A DNA stretch of 64,000 nt from the human T2T-CHM13v2.0 reference genome, Homo sapiens: the NCBI RefSeq assembly GCF_009914755.1, contig NC_060930.1; one strand, given 5' to 3'. Shown here piece by piece: positions 1 through 12,779 of the stretch; the stretch's first letter is position 1; the number at the start of each line of letters is the position of its first letter. A program made the position numbers and the translations under genes. A model generated the notes under the pieces. The model was not told where the DNA came from and did not search any database. It saw nothing but the letters and a program-made list of their open reading frames with translations.

Positions 1-69
1 CCTGGGCTCAAGCAATCCTCCTGCCTGGGCCTTCCAAAGTGTTGGGATTACGGGCCACCACGCCCAGCC
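1..69 (-). mobile_element. Alu fragment cut by the window edge
   Basis: Alu left-arm sequence. Confidence 0.85.
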
Positions 70-652
70 ATTATTAGAGTCTTAATACAATACCAAAGTC
101 TAATTCTCCACAGATCTGCTCAGCGTAATTTTTTCAAGAAGTGTTATGACCTGGCTGAAATGCTGGGTCCAATTTTCTCTCCTTTATAGATGCATAATAC
201 AAGTTTGCATTATGGCCACTCTTTTCCAAGCCCCTTGATCTTTTGGAGTGGGAAGGAGGTAAACCTATTGCAAATCTCTCCATGAAAGCCTGTTAAAGCA
301 GAGACACGTACTTCAAGGCTCTACTCTTCAGCTCTTCCCACTTCAATTTACCCAACAACTACAAAAGTTACTTAAAATAGGTAGTTCTAAATGCTCTTCC
401 TGCCAACAGGAGAGGCCTTTTTTAAAAGGGTAAGATTAAGGATTCCTGGAGTGTCTTGCAGGAATACACCAAATGGGACAAAGATGGATAAGGGGTGGTG
501 GGGGGTGGGGTGTTGTCTCCAGAAGGAGTTGCTGAGCTCCAACTGTGCTGCAAATTTCCTGTTGATGTAGTTCTACCTGGGACAATGACTACCAAAGACT
601 TGAACTGCCTGTCTTTGTAGAGAGACCTAGTTAAATGTCAAAAGCAGCACAG

Positions 653-971
<319 letters not shown>

Positions 972-2414
972 CTACAATGACTAGTTACCATACAGTGGGA
1001 ACTTGAAATAGTAGTTCATTCACTCATTCATGCCACAAGGACCTGATGCCAACTACACCAGGCACAAGGCTGGGCTCTAGGAAAACAGAGGTGAACAAGC
1101 ATAATGTCCCTGCCCAATTTCGTCTTACATTTTCCTGTGACACACAATACAAAAATGAATATACAAAATGGCAGATGCTGTAAAGAAACTATGAACTTTA
1201 CAGTAAAACTGAAGAATCATCACCAAAACACATGCTGTGCTTTTTCTGTTCAAAGAAGTGTGACAAACCACTTTTTGTAGAAATGTGAATTACTAGTCAT
1301 CATACTTTCCTAATTTAAAACAGCACAATTTCTTCAGCTGTAGGAGGTAGAATCCCAATCTTAGAAAAAAAAAAAAAACTAACTTTTTGAAAGGAGATAT
1401 TCTGCACTGGTGTAACAGCACGTCAGCACTTAGGCCAAGATTGATAACAACACTGGCCAAAAGATAAACAATTTACACAGGTGGCAAGCCATCTAAGGCA
1501 AAAGCTAAAAACAAAAACAGAGATGGACTTCTCAAGAAGTCATTTAATGTGTACTGCATACACACGTAATTTTCAAAAACAGAAAGGGAAGGCACAAAAA
1601 GTTTTGGCAGATGACACTAAATCAACAGTTTTAACATTGCTGCATTCCAGATCATTCCAATAAACAATGGTTCAACCTACTGAGAATCTAGAGACATTTC
1701 ATCTCTAGGCAGAACACTGGTTTGTAAAGTTTAGTTGCTGGACCTAGGCCATGGAAAGACACAAGCAAATCCTAATGTTGAAACTCTAAATGCATTCCCA
1801 CTTAGAATTAAACAGGAAAGGGAAGGTTCCTCCCCCATGTAGGAAACTGAGCCGTAATTTACTGGTTTCAATTTATAGCTATGAAGTGTGTGTGTTTTGG
1901 AGGGGAGGGAAGATGAGAAGTTGGAGAGGTTTAAGGAAAAGACACCTGCATGAGGTAGGGCAGAAGTGGACATCCTGAAGACCTGATTTCTAAAAGCAGC
2001 AGGCCTACTAGGAAAACTTAAATCTCTTTCATATTGACCGCAAAAGCGAATTTTGAGCCTGTAAGGTGGATCATGGTAGTTGCCGGTCTGCAGATACACT
2101 AGGTTGAAGACTCGCAGCACCTAATGTCACTTTTTCATGCTCACGCCCTCCCAGCGCCCAATCCGTGTTTATGGAATGAAGGGGAAAACCCAAAAGAATG
2201 AATGAACAAGAAAGGAGTCTAGTCAGGAGGATGGCCCTGGACGCGGACTAGGCGAAAGCAGGGACGATGCTCCCGGGGCCGGGAGGCGCTCGAGGACCCC
2301 CGGGCGCAGTGGAGAACGCGGACCGCGATAGGGCCGGGGGCGTAGGGCAAGACAAAGGCAGCGCGGGCGGCCAGACACGGGTGCCCGGCGGGGACGGGGA
2401 CCGCGGGCGCTCAC

Positions 2415-2564
2415 CTCATCGCCCCACTTGAGAACGTCCTTGTGCCGGTCCTTGACGGCGTGGTAGATGTGCAGGAACTGGAGGATCCCGTGCCGCCGCA
2501 CGTGGTCGGCATGGCGCTTGGTTTCCTCCCAGCTCAGCGGCGAGCCCTGGGACAGCAGCCCCAT
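2415..2564 (-). CDS. GCLC: Glutamate-cysteine ligase catalytic subunit, coding part of exon 1 (50 codons); rest of gene lies left of the window
   Basis: Minus strand reads MGLLSQGSPLSWEETKRHADHVRRHGILQFLHIYHAVKDRHKDVLKWGDE, the GCLC N-terminus. ATG at 2564-2562 in strong Kozak context (GCGGCCATGG); phase-0 donor GAG|GTGAGC at 2415/2414. Confidence 0.99.
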
Positions 2565-2573
2565 GGCCGCCCC

Positions 2574-2594
2574 CTCCTCCTCCTCCTCCTCCTC
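2574..2594 (-). repeat. GCLC: (GAG)7 trinucleotide repeat in the GCLC 5' UTR (known length polymorphism)
   Basis: Seven CTC units on the plus strand, ending 9 nt before the start ATG. Confidence 0.97.
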
Positions 2595-3290
2595 CGGGCT
2601 GACGGCGGTCGCCCGCTCCGGGCGCGAGACGGACACTCAGCCGCCCGCAGAAGGCGGCTGCCGCTCCACCCCGCGGGGGCGCTCTCGGGCCGCAGTCGGC
2701 GGAGGGAGGGTCCTGCCCGCTCCGGCTCCCCGGCGGCGGCCCCTGGCGCCCAGGTGACAGACCCTGGGTCCGACGCACCGCGCGGAGGCGAAGGCAGAAG
2801 ACCGAGAGCAGGCGGGACGGCTCTCGGCCCGGCGGCCTCGCCCTCCCCGCTGCTCCTCCTCCCGCTCCGATGCGGCGGCGGCGGACCCCACGGCCGCGCT
2901 GCCGCGGCGGCTCCCGCTTCTCTTTGCCGGTCTGGTGCACTGGCTTCTTCCTACTTGTGACCAAAACCTGCGCCGCCGCGGAGCATGCCCAGTCTTTGCG
3001 TCCGCTAGCTCGCCGCTCCTGGGCGCGATCCTGCGCTCCAGGTTTTATAGACTACGGGCGAAGGCGGGGAGAGGAGGCGGTGCAGCGGCGGAGGCGTGGC
3101 CTGAAGCCCGGTGGGAACCGCGGGGGCTCAGGAGGCGTGTGCAAGGGTGATTGGGTCGCAGTTGAGGGGAGCAGCTCGCGAGAAGGGGGCGTGCGGTCGG
3201 CCTCGCTTTACGCAAACGCGACATATCAAAATGCATTTTTTTTCCTAATCAGAAGAGATAAACTTGGGATTCGGGAAGAAAGTTGATTAT

Positions 3291-4127
3291 TTGAATCAAT
3301 GACGAACTCACCATATTATGTTTTAGTTGGACAGGGCCTCACACTTAGAGTGAGAGCGGCAGAATGTGTTGAGAAAAGTATTAACATGGTAGTGAAGTGA
3401 AACAGTTCAACTCTAGGCTCCATCACTTACTGACTGTGAGACTTGGGACGAGTTCTTCCCATATCTGCATAAAATTAGATTAATTCTATCTTTTATAGAT
3501 GTCGTAATTATGTGCATAGTGTACATGTGTATAGTGTTGGCCAAAAAATTGACCTGGTTATTAAGAGGAATCAATTTGTCAACATGTGTAAATCATTATT
3601 CCCTACTGTCTTGATTAACTGGTGACCTATGTTCTCTGGATGGCACGGACACCATTTATTGCAAAAAGTCTCCAGACAGACCATATGAGGAACCATCTCC
3701 AAAAGTTTATCCTCCATCTAAACCTAAAATTCATCCCTTAAGTGATCAAAATGACGTTCTTGTGAGCCTACCGTGGGGTGGGGTTGAAGATAGTGGGAAC
3801 ACCTAGAGTTGGCCTTATCTCGGAGGGAAAGGAGAGGAAGGAGGTACCGTGCCCCCAAGTGATTGTTTAATAAATATGTGTTGACAGAGCAATGACCTGT
3901 CAGGGGAAAAGTGAAGGCAACTAGATCATACATGTACCTACCCAGAAAGTGTGTATTTATCATACCCTCTTCCCTCGCACTACAGAGTTAACATTTAGTA
4001 AGCACTTATTAATTGCTAAATGAGTGAGTACATGATAGCAGGATTCTCTTCTCCCACAGCCTTCATATTGGATGTGCCCCTCACAGGGCTTGGGGGCATG
4101 AATACCCAAGGTCTGGCTGGGATTTCC
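3291..4127. promoter_or_regulatory. Proximal GCLC elements: AP-1-like TTGATTCAA (3291-3299), ARE-like TGACAGAGC (3882-3890), NF-kB-like GGAAATCCC (4119-4127)
   Basis: Motifs are present. Offsets (about -265, -860, -1095 from a TSS near 3029) agree with sites I recall from GCLC promoter studies. Confidence 0.7.
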
Positions 4128-4134
4128 ACAATGG

Positions 4135-4178
4135 TGTGTGTGTGTGTCTGTGTGTCTGTGTGTGTGTGTCTGTGTGTG
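4135..4178. repeat. Imperfect (TG)n microsatellite
   Basis: Seen directly. Confidence 0.95.
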
Positions 4179-4677
4179 GTAGGGATGTTTGAAGCTCAGG
4201 AGAAGATGTTTCCATCCTCATCACACAGGTGGGATAGAAATCAAACCACATTCTAATTTTTCCACAGCCTTTTCAACAACCTCCTTTGCCCTCCCACCAA
4301 CCTCACCAGATCTGTATATGGTTCTGGCACTCTGTTGTTTTTCCTGCTTGAAATTCTCCATCTGACACACTCATGTTCATCTCTTGAGTCACAGTTATTC
4401 CTCTCTGTGTTTTGGTTGCATTCGTACATTAATGATAGAGTCATTTTAAAGATAGCTCCACACTAAATAGTGAATTCCTCTGGGGCACAGATGACTTATG
4501 CCTTTTGTACCTTTAATTCTAGAAAAGTGCTTGGTATAGAGTGTGTGCTTAATAAATGTTAGCTTCTCCGTGAAAAGCAGGTAGTGGGAGAGGGGGAGAA
4601 ACAGTGTTTCCCATGTAGGTAAGACATCCAAGGATCATTGGGTTATTCTCATAATGTCATCTGACATTCTCATAGAC

Positions 4678-5186
4678 CTGCATTGTTCAACACGACAGCC
4701 ATCAGCCACATTGGCCAATGTACATTTGAAATGTGGCTAACATGACCGAGAAACCAAATTTTCATTTTAATTTAATCAATTTAAATGTAAATTTAAAAAC
4801 TGATATTCCATTCAGTTACTGGAAAACTTTTAAGTAAATTTGAAACAAGTTGGAAATGTGAATCCATTTTTGACTGTAAATTTTATGAAATGTAATTACA
4901 GATCAAGTATTTCCAATGAAAACTTAGTGGCCCAGATGTGTTGTGAGTGTAAGTCACACACCAGATTCTAAGACAGTAGAATAAAAAGATGTAAATATCT
5001 CATTAAAAGTTTTATATTGATTACATAGCGATATAGCATTTTGGAAATTTTGAGTTAAATATGATGTGGTATGTTATTTAATTTACCACCACCCCCACCC
5101 ACTTTTATTTTTAATTTTAAAGGAGGCTACTGAAAAATTTAAGATTACATATGTGGCTCTCATTCCACTTTATTGAAACAGTACTG
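4678..5186. mobile_element. hAT-Charlie (Charlie1/MER3-like) DNA transposon remnant
   Basis: Motifs AGCCACAT..ATTTGAAATGTGGCTA and TTACATATGTGGCT; TSD-like TAGAC at both ends. Confidence 0.65.
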
Positions 5187-5839
5187 ATGTAGACCTTGAT
5201 TTACACTTTGCAAAGCAGTTTTCCCATACACCTGCTGCACACCATACACTTTTCCCATGCACCTGTTAGGAATCATGGACCTGGGCGGTTCAATAATAGA
5301 CTAAATTCTAGTCTAGCCAAAGCCCTACGCGACACTGAACCTAGTAAGAGTTTAACACTGTAATTGGAGTTACTCTGTCCTAGATCCCGGCTCACACTCA
5401 CATAAGGGACCTCCCTCACCCTATCCTACCCCCCCGAATTCTGAACCAGCTCCCCCAGCGGGGGTCCCAGAGCTTTGGACAATCCCAAAAAGGGCGCCGG
5501 CGCTGCTGCACCACAGGGCAGTTATGCCCAATTTAAACCTTGATCTCTCAGTGTCTTTAGCCTTTTCTGTTACAAAGAAAAAACAAAAATCCCATCACGG
5601 ATCAACTGAAGTCATATTTAACAAGAGTTACTCCCCTCTGACAATGCTTTGCCTGCATAGGTCCACTACTGCTCGATTTCATTCTGTAGACTGCACCCAG
5701 GGCCAGGTTTCGACATCTGGAAGTGAGTTTTCAGCAGACAGCTCCATCAGGGCTGTAACGATAGCTGAAGGGGAAAGAAGGAGCTCATATCTTGCAGAAT
5801 CAGCTCTTCCCTAGACCATGACCAAAGGCCGATTCCCAG

Positions 5840-6400
5840 TAGTGTCTTCCGCGGAAAAACGCGAGACCCGCTCTCCAGGAACCCATCTCTGCCCAGCGGC
5901 GCCCTGGCACCGCAACCTCGCCTCGCAGCCCCGCGGACCAACACAGGCCCCGCCCCCAGAGCCGTCCGGAAAACCTGGACCGTGGAGATCCGCATGGGGG
6001 GACGCCGTGCAGTCGTGAGGCCAAGCTGAGCATGCTCGGAGAGCCGGCCTGTCGCGGGAGGAAGCGGTGTGGGCCGCGGGCGGCGCACGCCGCGCAGTTG
6101 TTGTGATACAGCCCCCGCCACGTGACTGCGCGGGCCCGCCTCCCCCGCGCGCGGCACCGCCTCCCCGTGACTCAGCGCTTTGTGCGGGCTCCGAGCCGGA
6201 GGTCAATCTGGGGGAGGCTTCTTAGGGCAAAGTCTCAGTCCATCACTCCTGACCTCTGGGCTGCTGCTGCTGCTAGGATTGCCGCAGTCGTTTCAGACAC
6301 GATGGGTTTCGGGCCTCCAAGGACCAAAAAATACATCATTTTCTCTGTGGTCACGCCATTCCCAGTTTCCCTTGAGTCAGCGGCTTCGCGAGATCAAATA
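5840..6400. promoter_or_regulatory. Distal CpG island / NRF2 enhancer with ARE3 (6122-6132) and ARE4 (GTGACTCAGCG, 6167-6177)
   Basis: CpG-dense; ARE4 with embedded AP-1 core about 3.1 kb upstream of the TSS; 34 bp separate the two AREs, as described for GCLC. Confidence 0.93.
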
Positions 6401-6438
6401 AGGAAAACAGAGAGAGTGCCCAGGGGACTCTGAGGAAG
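6180..6438 (+). pseudogene. Candidate fossil exon 1 (signal-peptide-like)
   Basis: Frame reads SPSLLTSGLLLLLGLPQSFQTRWVSG with a CTG-leucine run (6261-6275). No in-frame ATG, one TAA, possible decayed phase-1 donor AAG|GC. Confidence 0.4.
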
Positions 6439-6782
6439 GCACTTCTAGGTTATCTGCCCCTGCCTTTACCGCTCTCTTTGGCTTGAGTATCCCTTGACCT
6501 TGGTGGTCTGTCGCTTGGGTCCCAGTATATCACATTCTATGCCAGGCACTTTGAGCTGGTATCCGTAAAACAGTACTAATCTTTGCCACATTTTATAAGT
6601 GAGGCAACTGAGATCCAGTAATACTAAGTAACAGGTAGTGGCTAAGCTGGGGTTTGAACTCCAGTGATATTTCAAAGCTGTCTACTACACCACTTAGCCT
6701 GGGTGAAGCTGGTGGCTGCCTTCAGTGTGATTCTTCCTGGGACTTGATGCCAACCTTCATTACATCCTTTCTTCTCCCTTGA

Positions 6783-7112
<330 letters not shown>

Positions 7113-8001
7113 TGTTAAATTTCTTAATTGGTGAAAACAAATAGTTAGTTATTTCTTAACTTCAGTGTACATGTTAAACAACAAAAGATACAGAAGGAAT
7201 TTTCTCCCTACAATTGAATTGTACTTGGAATTTGACTTGATCTTATTCAAGAAGATCCCTGGGGGCTTTATGATGGAAGAGCAGTAGCCAAAAGACTGGG
7301 GCTTTGGCCCCATCTCAGAGGGCTACCTGCTGGGTCAATCTAAGCAAAGTTGTGATAATCATTGGAGAGTCCTTTCCTCTCATCTGTACAAATGAGAGTC
7401 TGGAGGAGATAAAGTTTCCCTTCCAGCCTAAACATTTTCTGATGTTATTACTAAAATTAGTTGAAAGAGTTCAAATCTTTTTGTATCGTGTACTATTTGT
7501 AATACATGCTGCTGAGGTGTGCTATTGTCATTGTCAAAAAAGCAAGGAAACTCTTTTGACCTTTTCCAAGCCAATTTTTAGTTTACATGGATTTTTGAAA
7601 AATATAAATGTGCTTGTTTTCATGTAGAGTTACAAAAGGTCTGTGAAGTTCAAGTGAAGAACTTTTTTAACATGGAGAAGTTTGAGTGTGCTAAAGAAGA
7701 TGGGTAGGCATCAAAAGGGGGCAAGATTGAAGATGTGGGAACAAGAAAGGATATTTTCAGAAGCAAAATGTCTCAGGAGACCTGACTTGTTGGGATCCAG
7801 AACACATGGGAAGTGGTGAGCTTTTTTTCCTAGAAAAATCTCATTGTCTTCTTATAGAAGATAAAGACGCCATGATAATGTGTTGGGACAGGGCGAGTGA
7901 TATCTGAGTCCTGTAGACTCACTCTTCTCACTGGAGAATAATTAAAGATAACTTTTTATTATGGACATTTCCAATAAAGCACAAAAGTTGAGAGAACATA
8001 G

Positions 8002-8455
<454 letters not shown>

Positions 8456-8750
8456 CTCTTCATGTACTTATTATTCATCTTTGTATGTTACAGTTACTTA
8501 CCTCCTCCCATTAGTTTAAAGGAAATCTCACTCAAGTCTGATCTCAGGACCTGAGCTCTAAGTGAAGGTTGAAGAAAGAAAGAGGAATGTAGAAGATGAG
8601 GTTTGAGCAGCTGATATGGGAGGTGATCTAGAAAGATGGAAAATAATGAGCAATACCCTAATATCCGTAAACCAAAAATAAAATTCTAAGCCCTCCAACT
8701 ACCTGAATGGACCACTCCTCTAGGCCAAGAACATTCTAAAGTAAACCTGA

Positions 8751-9057
8751 GGCCAGGCGCAGTGACTCACACCTGTAATCCCACCACTTTGGGAGGCCAA
8801 GGCAGGCAGATCACCTGGGGTCAGGAGTTCAAGACCAGCCTGGCCAACACAGCGAAACCCCGTCTCTACTTAAAATACAAAAATTAGCCAGGTGTGGTGG
8901 CATGCACCAGTAATCCCAGCTACTTGGGAGGCTGAGGTGGGAGAATCACTTGAACAGGGAGGCGGAGGTTGCAATGAACCAAAATCACGCCACTGCATTC
9001 CAGACTGGGTGACAGAGTGAGACTCCGTCTCAAAAAAAATAAAAAATAAATTAAAAA
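8751..9057 (+). mobile_element. AluS inside the MER4-group LTR
   Basis: TSD AAAGTAAACCTGA. Confidence 0.95.
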
Positions 9058-9631
9058 AAAGTAAACCTGAAATATGAAACACTACTTCAGGCCATGATGG
9101 AATAGGTGATCAGACATGCCTAATTATAACATCCTCCCTTTGGATTTCAGGCACAGCTGACCAGCATTAACATTGAAACAGACCTGAAGACTGACTAAAC
9201 AGGTTCTTTGGAACAATAAAATACCAACATGATGGATAATAGGCCCTGAAGAAATCAAGTATTTTATCTTAAAATACAGTTCTTTGACATATTTTGAAAT
9301 GGCCCTGCAAAGCTGTTTCTTGTGGGGAAAATCTACATCCTGTAGAGAATCCCCTTCCCTTTCCAGGTCTTTTTCCTGATCCAGAAGAGAATTAACGGAG
9401 TCTGGCACCTTTTTAAGTCTCCCAACAAACATTTACAGTCTATTCTCTTTGAAGCCTGCTACCTGGAGGCTTCATCTGTATAATAAGAACCTTGGTCTCC
9501 ACAACTCCTTAGTTAACCCAGACACTCCCTTCTATCGATTCTAGGTCCTTAGGTAAACTCAACCAATTGCCATTCAGAAAACCTTTGAATCCACCTATTC
9601 AAATATTAGCGGGGACCTGGAACTGACCCTC

Positions 9632-11921
9632 TGATACGGTTTGGCTGCGTCCCCACCCAAATCTCAACTTGAATTGTATCTCCCAGAATTCCCACCTGTT
9701 TTGAGAGGGACCCACGAGGAGGTAGTTGAATCATGGGGGCTGGTCTTTCCTGTGCTATTCTCACGATAGTGAATAAGTCTCACAAGATCTGATGGGTTTA
9801 TCAGAGGTTTCCCCTTTTGCTTCTTCCTCATTTTCTCTTGCTACCACGCTGTAAGAAGTGCCTTTCACCTCCCACCGTGATTCTAAGGCCCTCCCAGCCA
9901 TGTGGAACTGTAAGTCCAGTTAAACCTCTTTTTTTTTTCCAGTCTCAGTTATGTTTTTATCAGCAGTGTGAAGATGGACTAATACAGTAAATTGGTACCA
10001 GTAGAGTGGTGTGTTGCTGAAAAGATACCTGAAAAGGTAGAATCAACATTGGAACTGGGTAACAGGCAGAGGTTGGAACAGTTTGGAGGGCTCAGAAGAA
10101 GACAGGAAAATGTGGGAAAGTTTGGAGCTTCCTAGAGACTTGTTGAATGGCTTTGCCCAACATGCTGACATGTTGACAATAATGACAGCTGACAATAATG
10201 TCCATGCTGAGGTGGTCTCAGATGGAGATGAGAAACTTGTTGGGAACTGGAGTAAAAGTGACTCTTGTTACGTTTTAGCAAAGAGACTGGTGGCATCGTG
10301 CCCCTGCCCTAGAGATTTGTGGAACTTTGAACTTGAGAAAGATGATTTAGGATACCTGGTGGAAGAAATTTCTAAGCAGCAAAGCATTCAATAAGTGACT
10401 TGGGTACTGTTAAAGTTTTATAAGGGAAGCAGATCATAAAAGTTTGGAAAATTTGCAGGTTGACTATGTGATAGAAAAGAAAAAACCATCTTCTGGGGAG
10501 AAATTCAAGCTGGTGTCAGAAATTTGCATAAGTAGCAAGGAGCCTAATGTTAATCCCCGAGACCATGGGGAAAATGTCTCCAGGCCATGTCAGAGACCTT
10601 CATGGCAGCCCCTTCCACCATAGGCCTGGAGGCCCAGGAGAAAAAAGTGGTTTTGTGGGCCAGGCCCAGGGTCTCCGTGCTGTGTGCAGCCCAGGGACTT
10701 GGTGCCCTGTGTCCCAGTCACTCCAGCCATGATTGAAAGGGGCCAACATACAGCTCAGGCTGTGGCTTCAGAGGGTGGAAGCCCCAAGCCTTGGCAGCTT
10801 CCATGTGGTGTTGAGCCTATAGGTGCACAGAAATCAAGAATTGAGGTTTGGTAACCTCCACCTAGATTTCAGATGTATGAAAACGCCTGGATGCCCAGGC
10901 AAAAGTTTGCTGCACAGGCAGGGGCTTCATGGAATACCTCTGCTAGGGCAGAGCAGAAGGGAAATGTGGAGTTTAGAGCCCCCACACAGAGTCCCTAATG
11001 GAGCACTGCCTAGTGGAGCTGTGAGAAGAGGGCCACCGTCCTCCAGATCCCAGGATGGTAGATCCACTGACAGCTTGCACCATGCACCTGGAAAAGCCGC
11101 AGACACTCAATGCCAGCCTGTGAAAACAGCTGGGAGGGAGGCTGTACCCTGCAAAGCCACCGGGGCAGAGCTGCCCAAGACCATGGGAACCCACCTCTTC
11201 CATCAGCATGACCTGAATGTGAGACCTGGAGTCAAAGGATATCATTTTGGAACTTTAAAATTTGACTGCTCCACTGGATTTCGGACTTGCATGGGCCCTG
11301 TAACCCCTTTGTTTTGGCTAATTTCTCCCATTTGGAATGGCTGTATTTACCCAATACCTGTACCCCCATTTTATCTAGGAAGTAACTAGCTTGCTTTCGG
11401 TTTTACAGGCTCATAAGCAGAAGGGACTTGCCTCGTCTCAGATGAGACTTTGGACTGTGGACTTTTGGGTTAATTCTGAAATGAGTTAAGACTTTGGGGG
11501 ACTGTTGGGAAGGCATGATTAGTTTTGAAATGTGAGGACATGAGATTTGGAGGGGCTAGGGGTGGAATGACATGTTTTGGCTGTGTCCCCACCCAAATCT
11601 CAACTTGAATTGTATCTTCCAAAATTCACACCTGTTTTGGGAGGGACCCAGGGGGAAGTAATTGAATCATGCTGGCTGGTCTTTCCCATGCTATTCTCGT
11701 GATGGTGAATAAGTCTCATGAGATGTGATGGGTTTATCAGGGGTTTCTGCTTTTGCTTCCTCCTCGTTTTCTTTGGCTGCCACCATGTAAGAAGTGCCTT
11801 TCACCTCCCACCATGATTCTGAGGCCTCCCTAGCCATGTGAAACTGTAAGTTCAATTAAATCTCTTTTTCTTCCCAGTCTCAGGTATATGTTTATCAGCA
11901 GCGTGAAAATGGACTAATACA
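9632..11921 (+). mobile_element. Full-length THE1A MaLR element (LTR 9632-9986, internal 9987-11567, LTR 11568-11921)
   Basis: Two ~355-bp direct repeats TGA...GGACTAATACA around a ~1.6-kb internal region, with a purine tract before the 3' LTR. Confidence 0.93.
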
Positions 11922-12495
11922 GCCCCCTCACCCCGAGTTGTCTCATGTTTCCCAAGTTGTCTCACATTTTCAGGGCATGTTTCTGGACTGAACCACCATC
12001 TTTCATGTACTGATGTCTTACATCCACCTAAAATGTATGATACCAAACTATATGTAGCCCGACCACCTTGGGCACATGTTCTCAGGATCACCTGGGGTTG
12101 TGTCACAGCCCATGACCACTCATATTTGGCTCAAAATAAATGTCTTCAACTATTTTATAGAGTTTGACTCTTTTTGTTGACATATCTTACTGGAAACCAA
12201 TTTCTGTCATTCTAAATTTGGAGATGGTAGATCTTATCCAGTTTTTTCACTCCAAATTATCCAGCTATTGTTCCAAATTATGGGGCTTTGTATTTAAAAA
12301 CAAAACCCAAAGCCAGAAAAACATGCTTGTCGCATATAGTATAAATGATTTGACAATGGCTGTGCATGGGTGATTAATATTGCTAAAATAGGCCAAGTGT
12401 CAAAATGTGAGTAAGATTGCTAAGGCATGTATTTACCTTTTTAAAGATATCTGATCTTAGTCTCTGCCTTTTTTCTTCCATTTCATTCACCTTAG

Positions 12496-12779
12496 TTCAC
12501 ATAAATATATGTAAAGTTCATTCTAGATTAGATAACACCAAATAATTGAACTTTGGCGCACTATAACCTATCATTCATGGATGATGAGATGTGAAAAAGT
12601 GTTAGCCATAATTACATCTATGTAGAAAGGCAATTGTACTGAATAATTGAGCAATTTTGCTTCGATAAGACCAGTTCCTAAAAGCAAAAAAAAAAAAAAA
12701 AATATATTGTACTTCCCGAAAGTATTTTTTCTCATACAATACCTCCTGCCACTTATTTTAGTACTTAAACTTTAATGTA
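12496..12779 (+). pseudogene. Candidate fossil Ig exon
   Basis: Polypyrimidine acceptor (ccttag|) after an 89-nt intron from GTGAGT at 12407; donor GTAAGT at 12780. Reads ICKVHSRLDNTK*LNFGAL*PIIHG**DVKKC*P*LHLC and, frameshifted, FSHTIPPATYFST. Confidence 0.45.

Larger units (their letters stand above)
2230..3225 (-). promoter_or_regulatory. GCLC: GCLC promoter CpG island with TATA box (3043-3049) and CCAAT box (3150-3154); TSS about 3015-3030
   Basis: Very GC/CpG-rich; plus-strand TTTTATA = TATAAAA and ATTGG = CCAAT on the minus strand; several GC boxes. Confidence 0.93.
8666..12182 (+). mobile_element. MER4-group (MER4B/D-like) ERV1 solo LTR interrupted by an Alu and a full THE1A
   Basis: Starts (C/T)GTAAACCAAAAATAAAATTCTAAGCCC and ends ...TTGTTGACA; 4-bp TSD TATC (8662-8665, 12183-12186). 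Confidence 0.85.

Noticed and set aside
492-510. G-rich run as a G-quadruplex
   Set aside because: Only three clear G3+ tracts; weak candidate.
2223-2414. ORF-track extension of the GCLC frame (VSARGPRP...)
   Set aside because: Read-through past the GT donor into intron 1.
2416-3286. Multiple long overlapping ORFs on both strands
   Set aside because: Expected from stop-codon scarcity in a GC-rich CpG island; low-complexity Arg/Gly/Pro/Ala products.
5450-5525. CTCF-like motifs between the two CpG islands
   Set aside because: Matches are too degenerate to support by eye.
2981-6037. p53 half-sites GAGCATGCCC (2981) and GAGCATGCTC (6028)
   Set aside because: No adjacent second half-site; equally explicable as NRF1-like motifs.
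10083-11389. 103-aa and 188-aa ORFs
   Set aside because: Broken remnants of the THE1 internal ORF, not a host gene.
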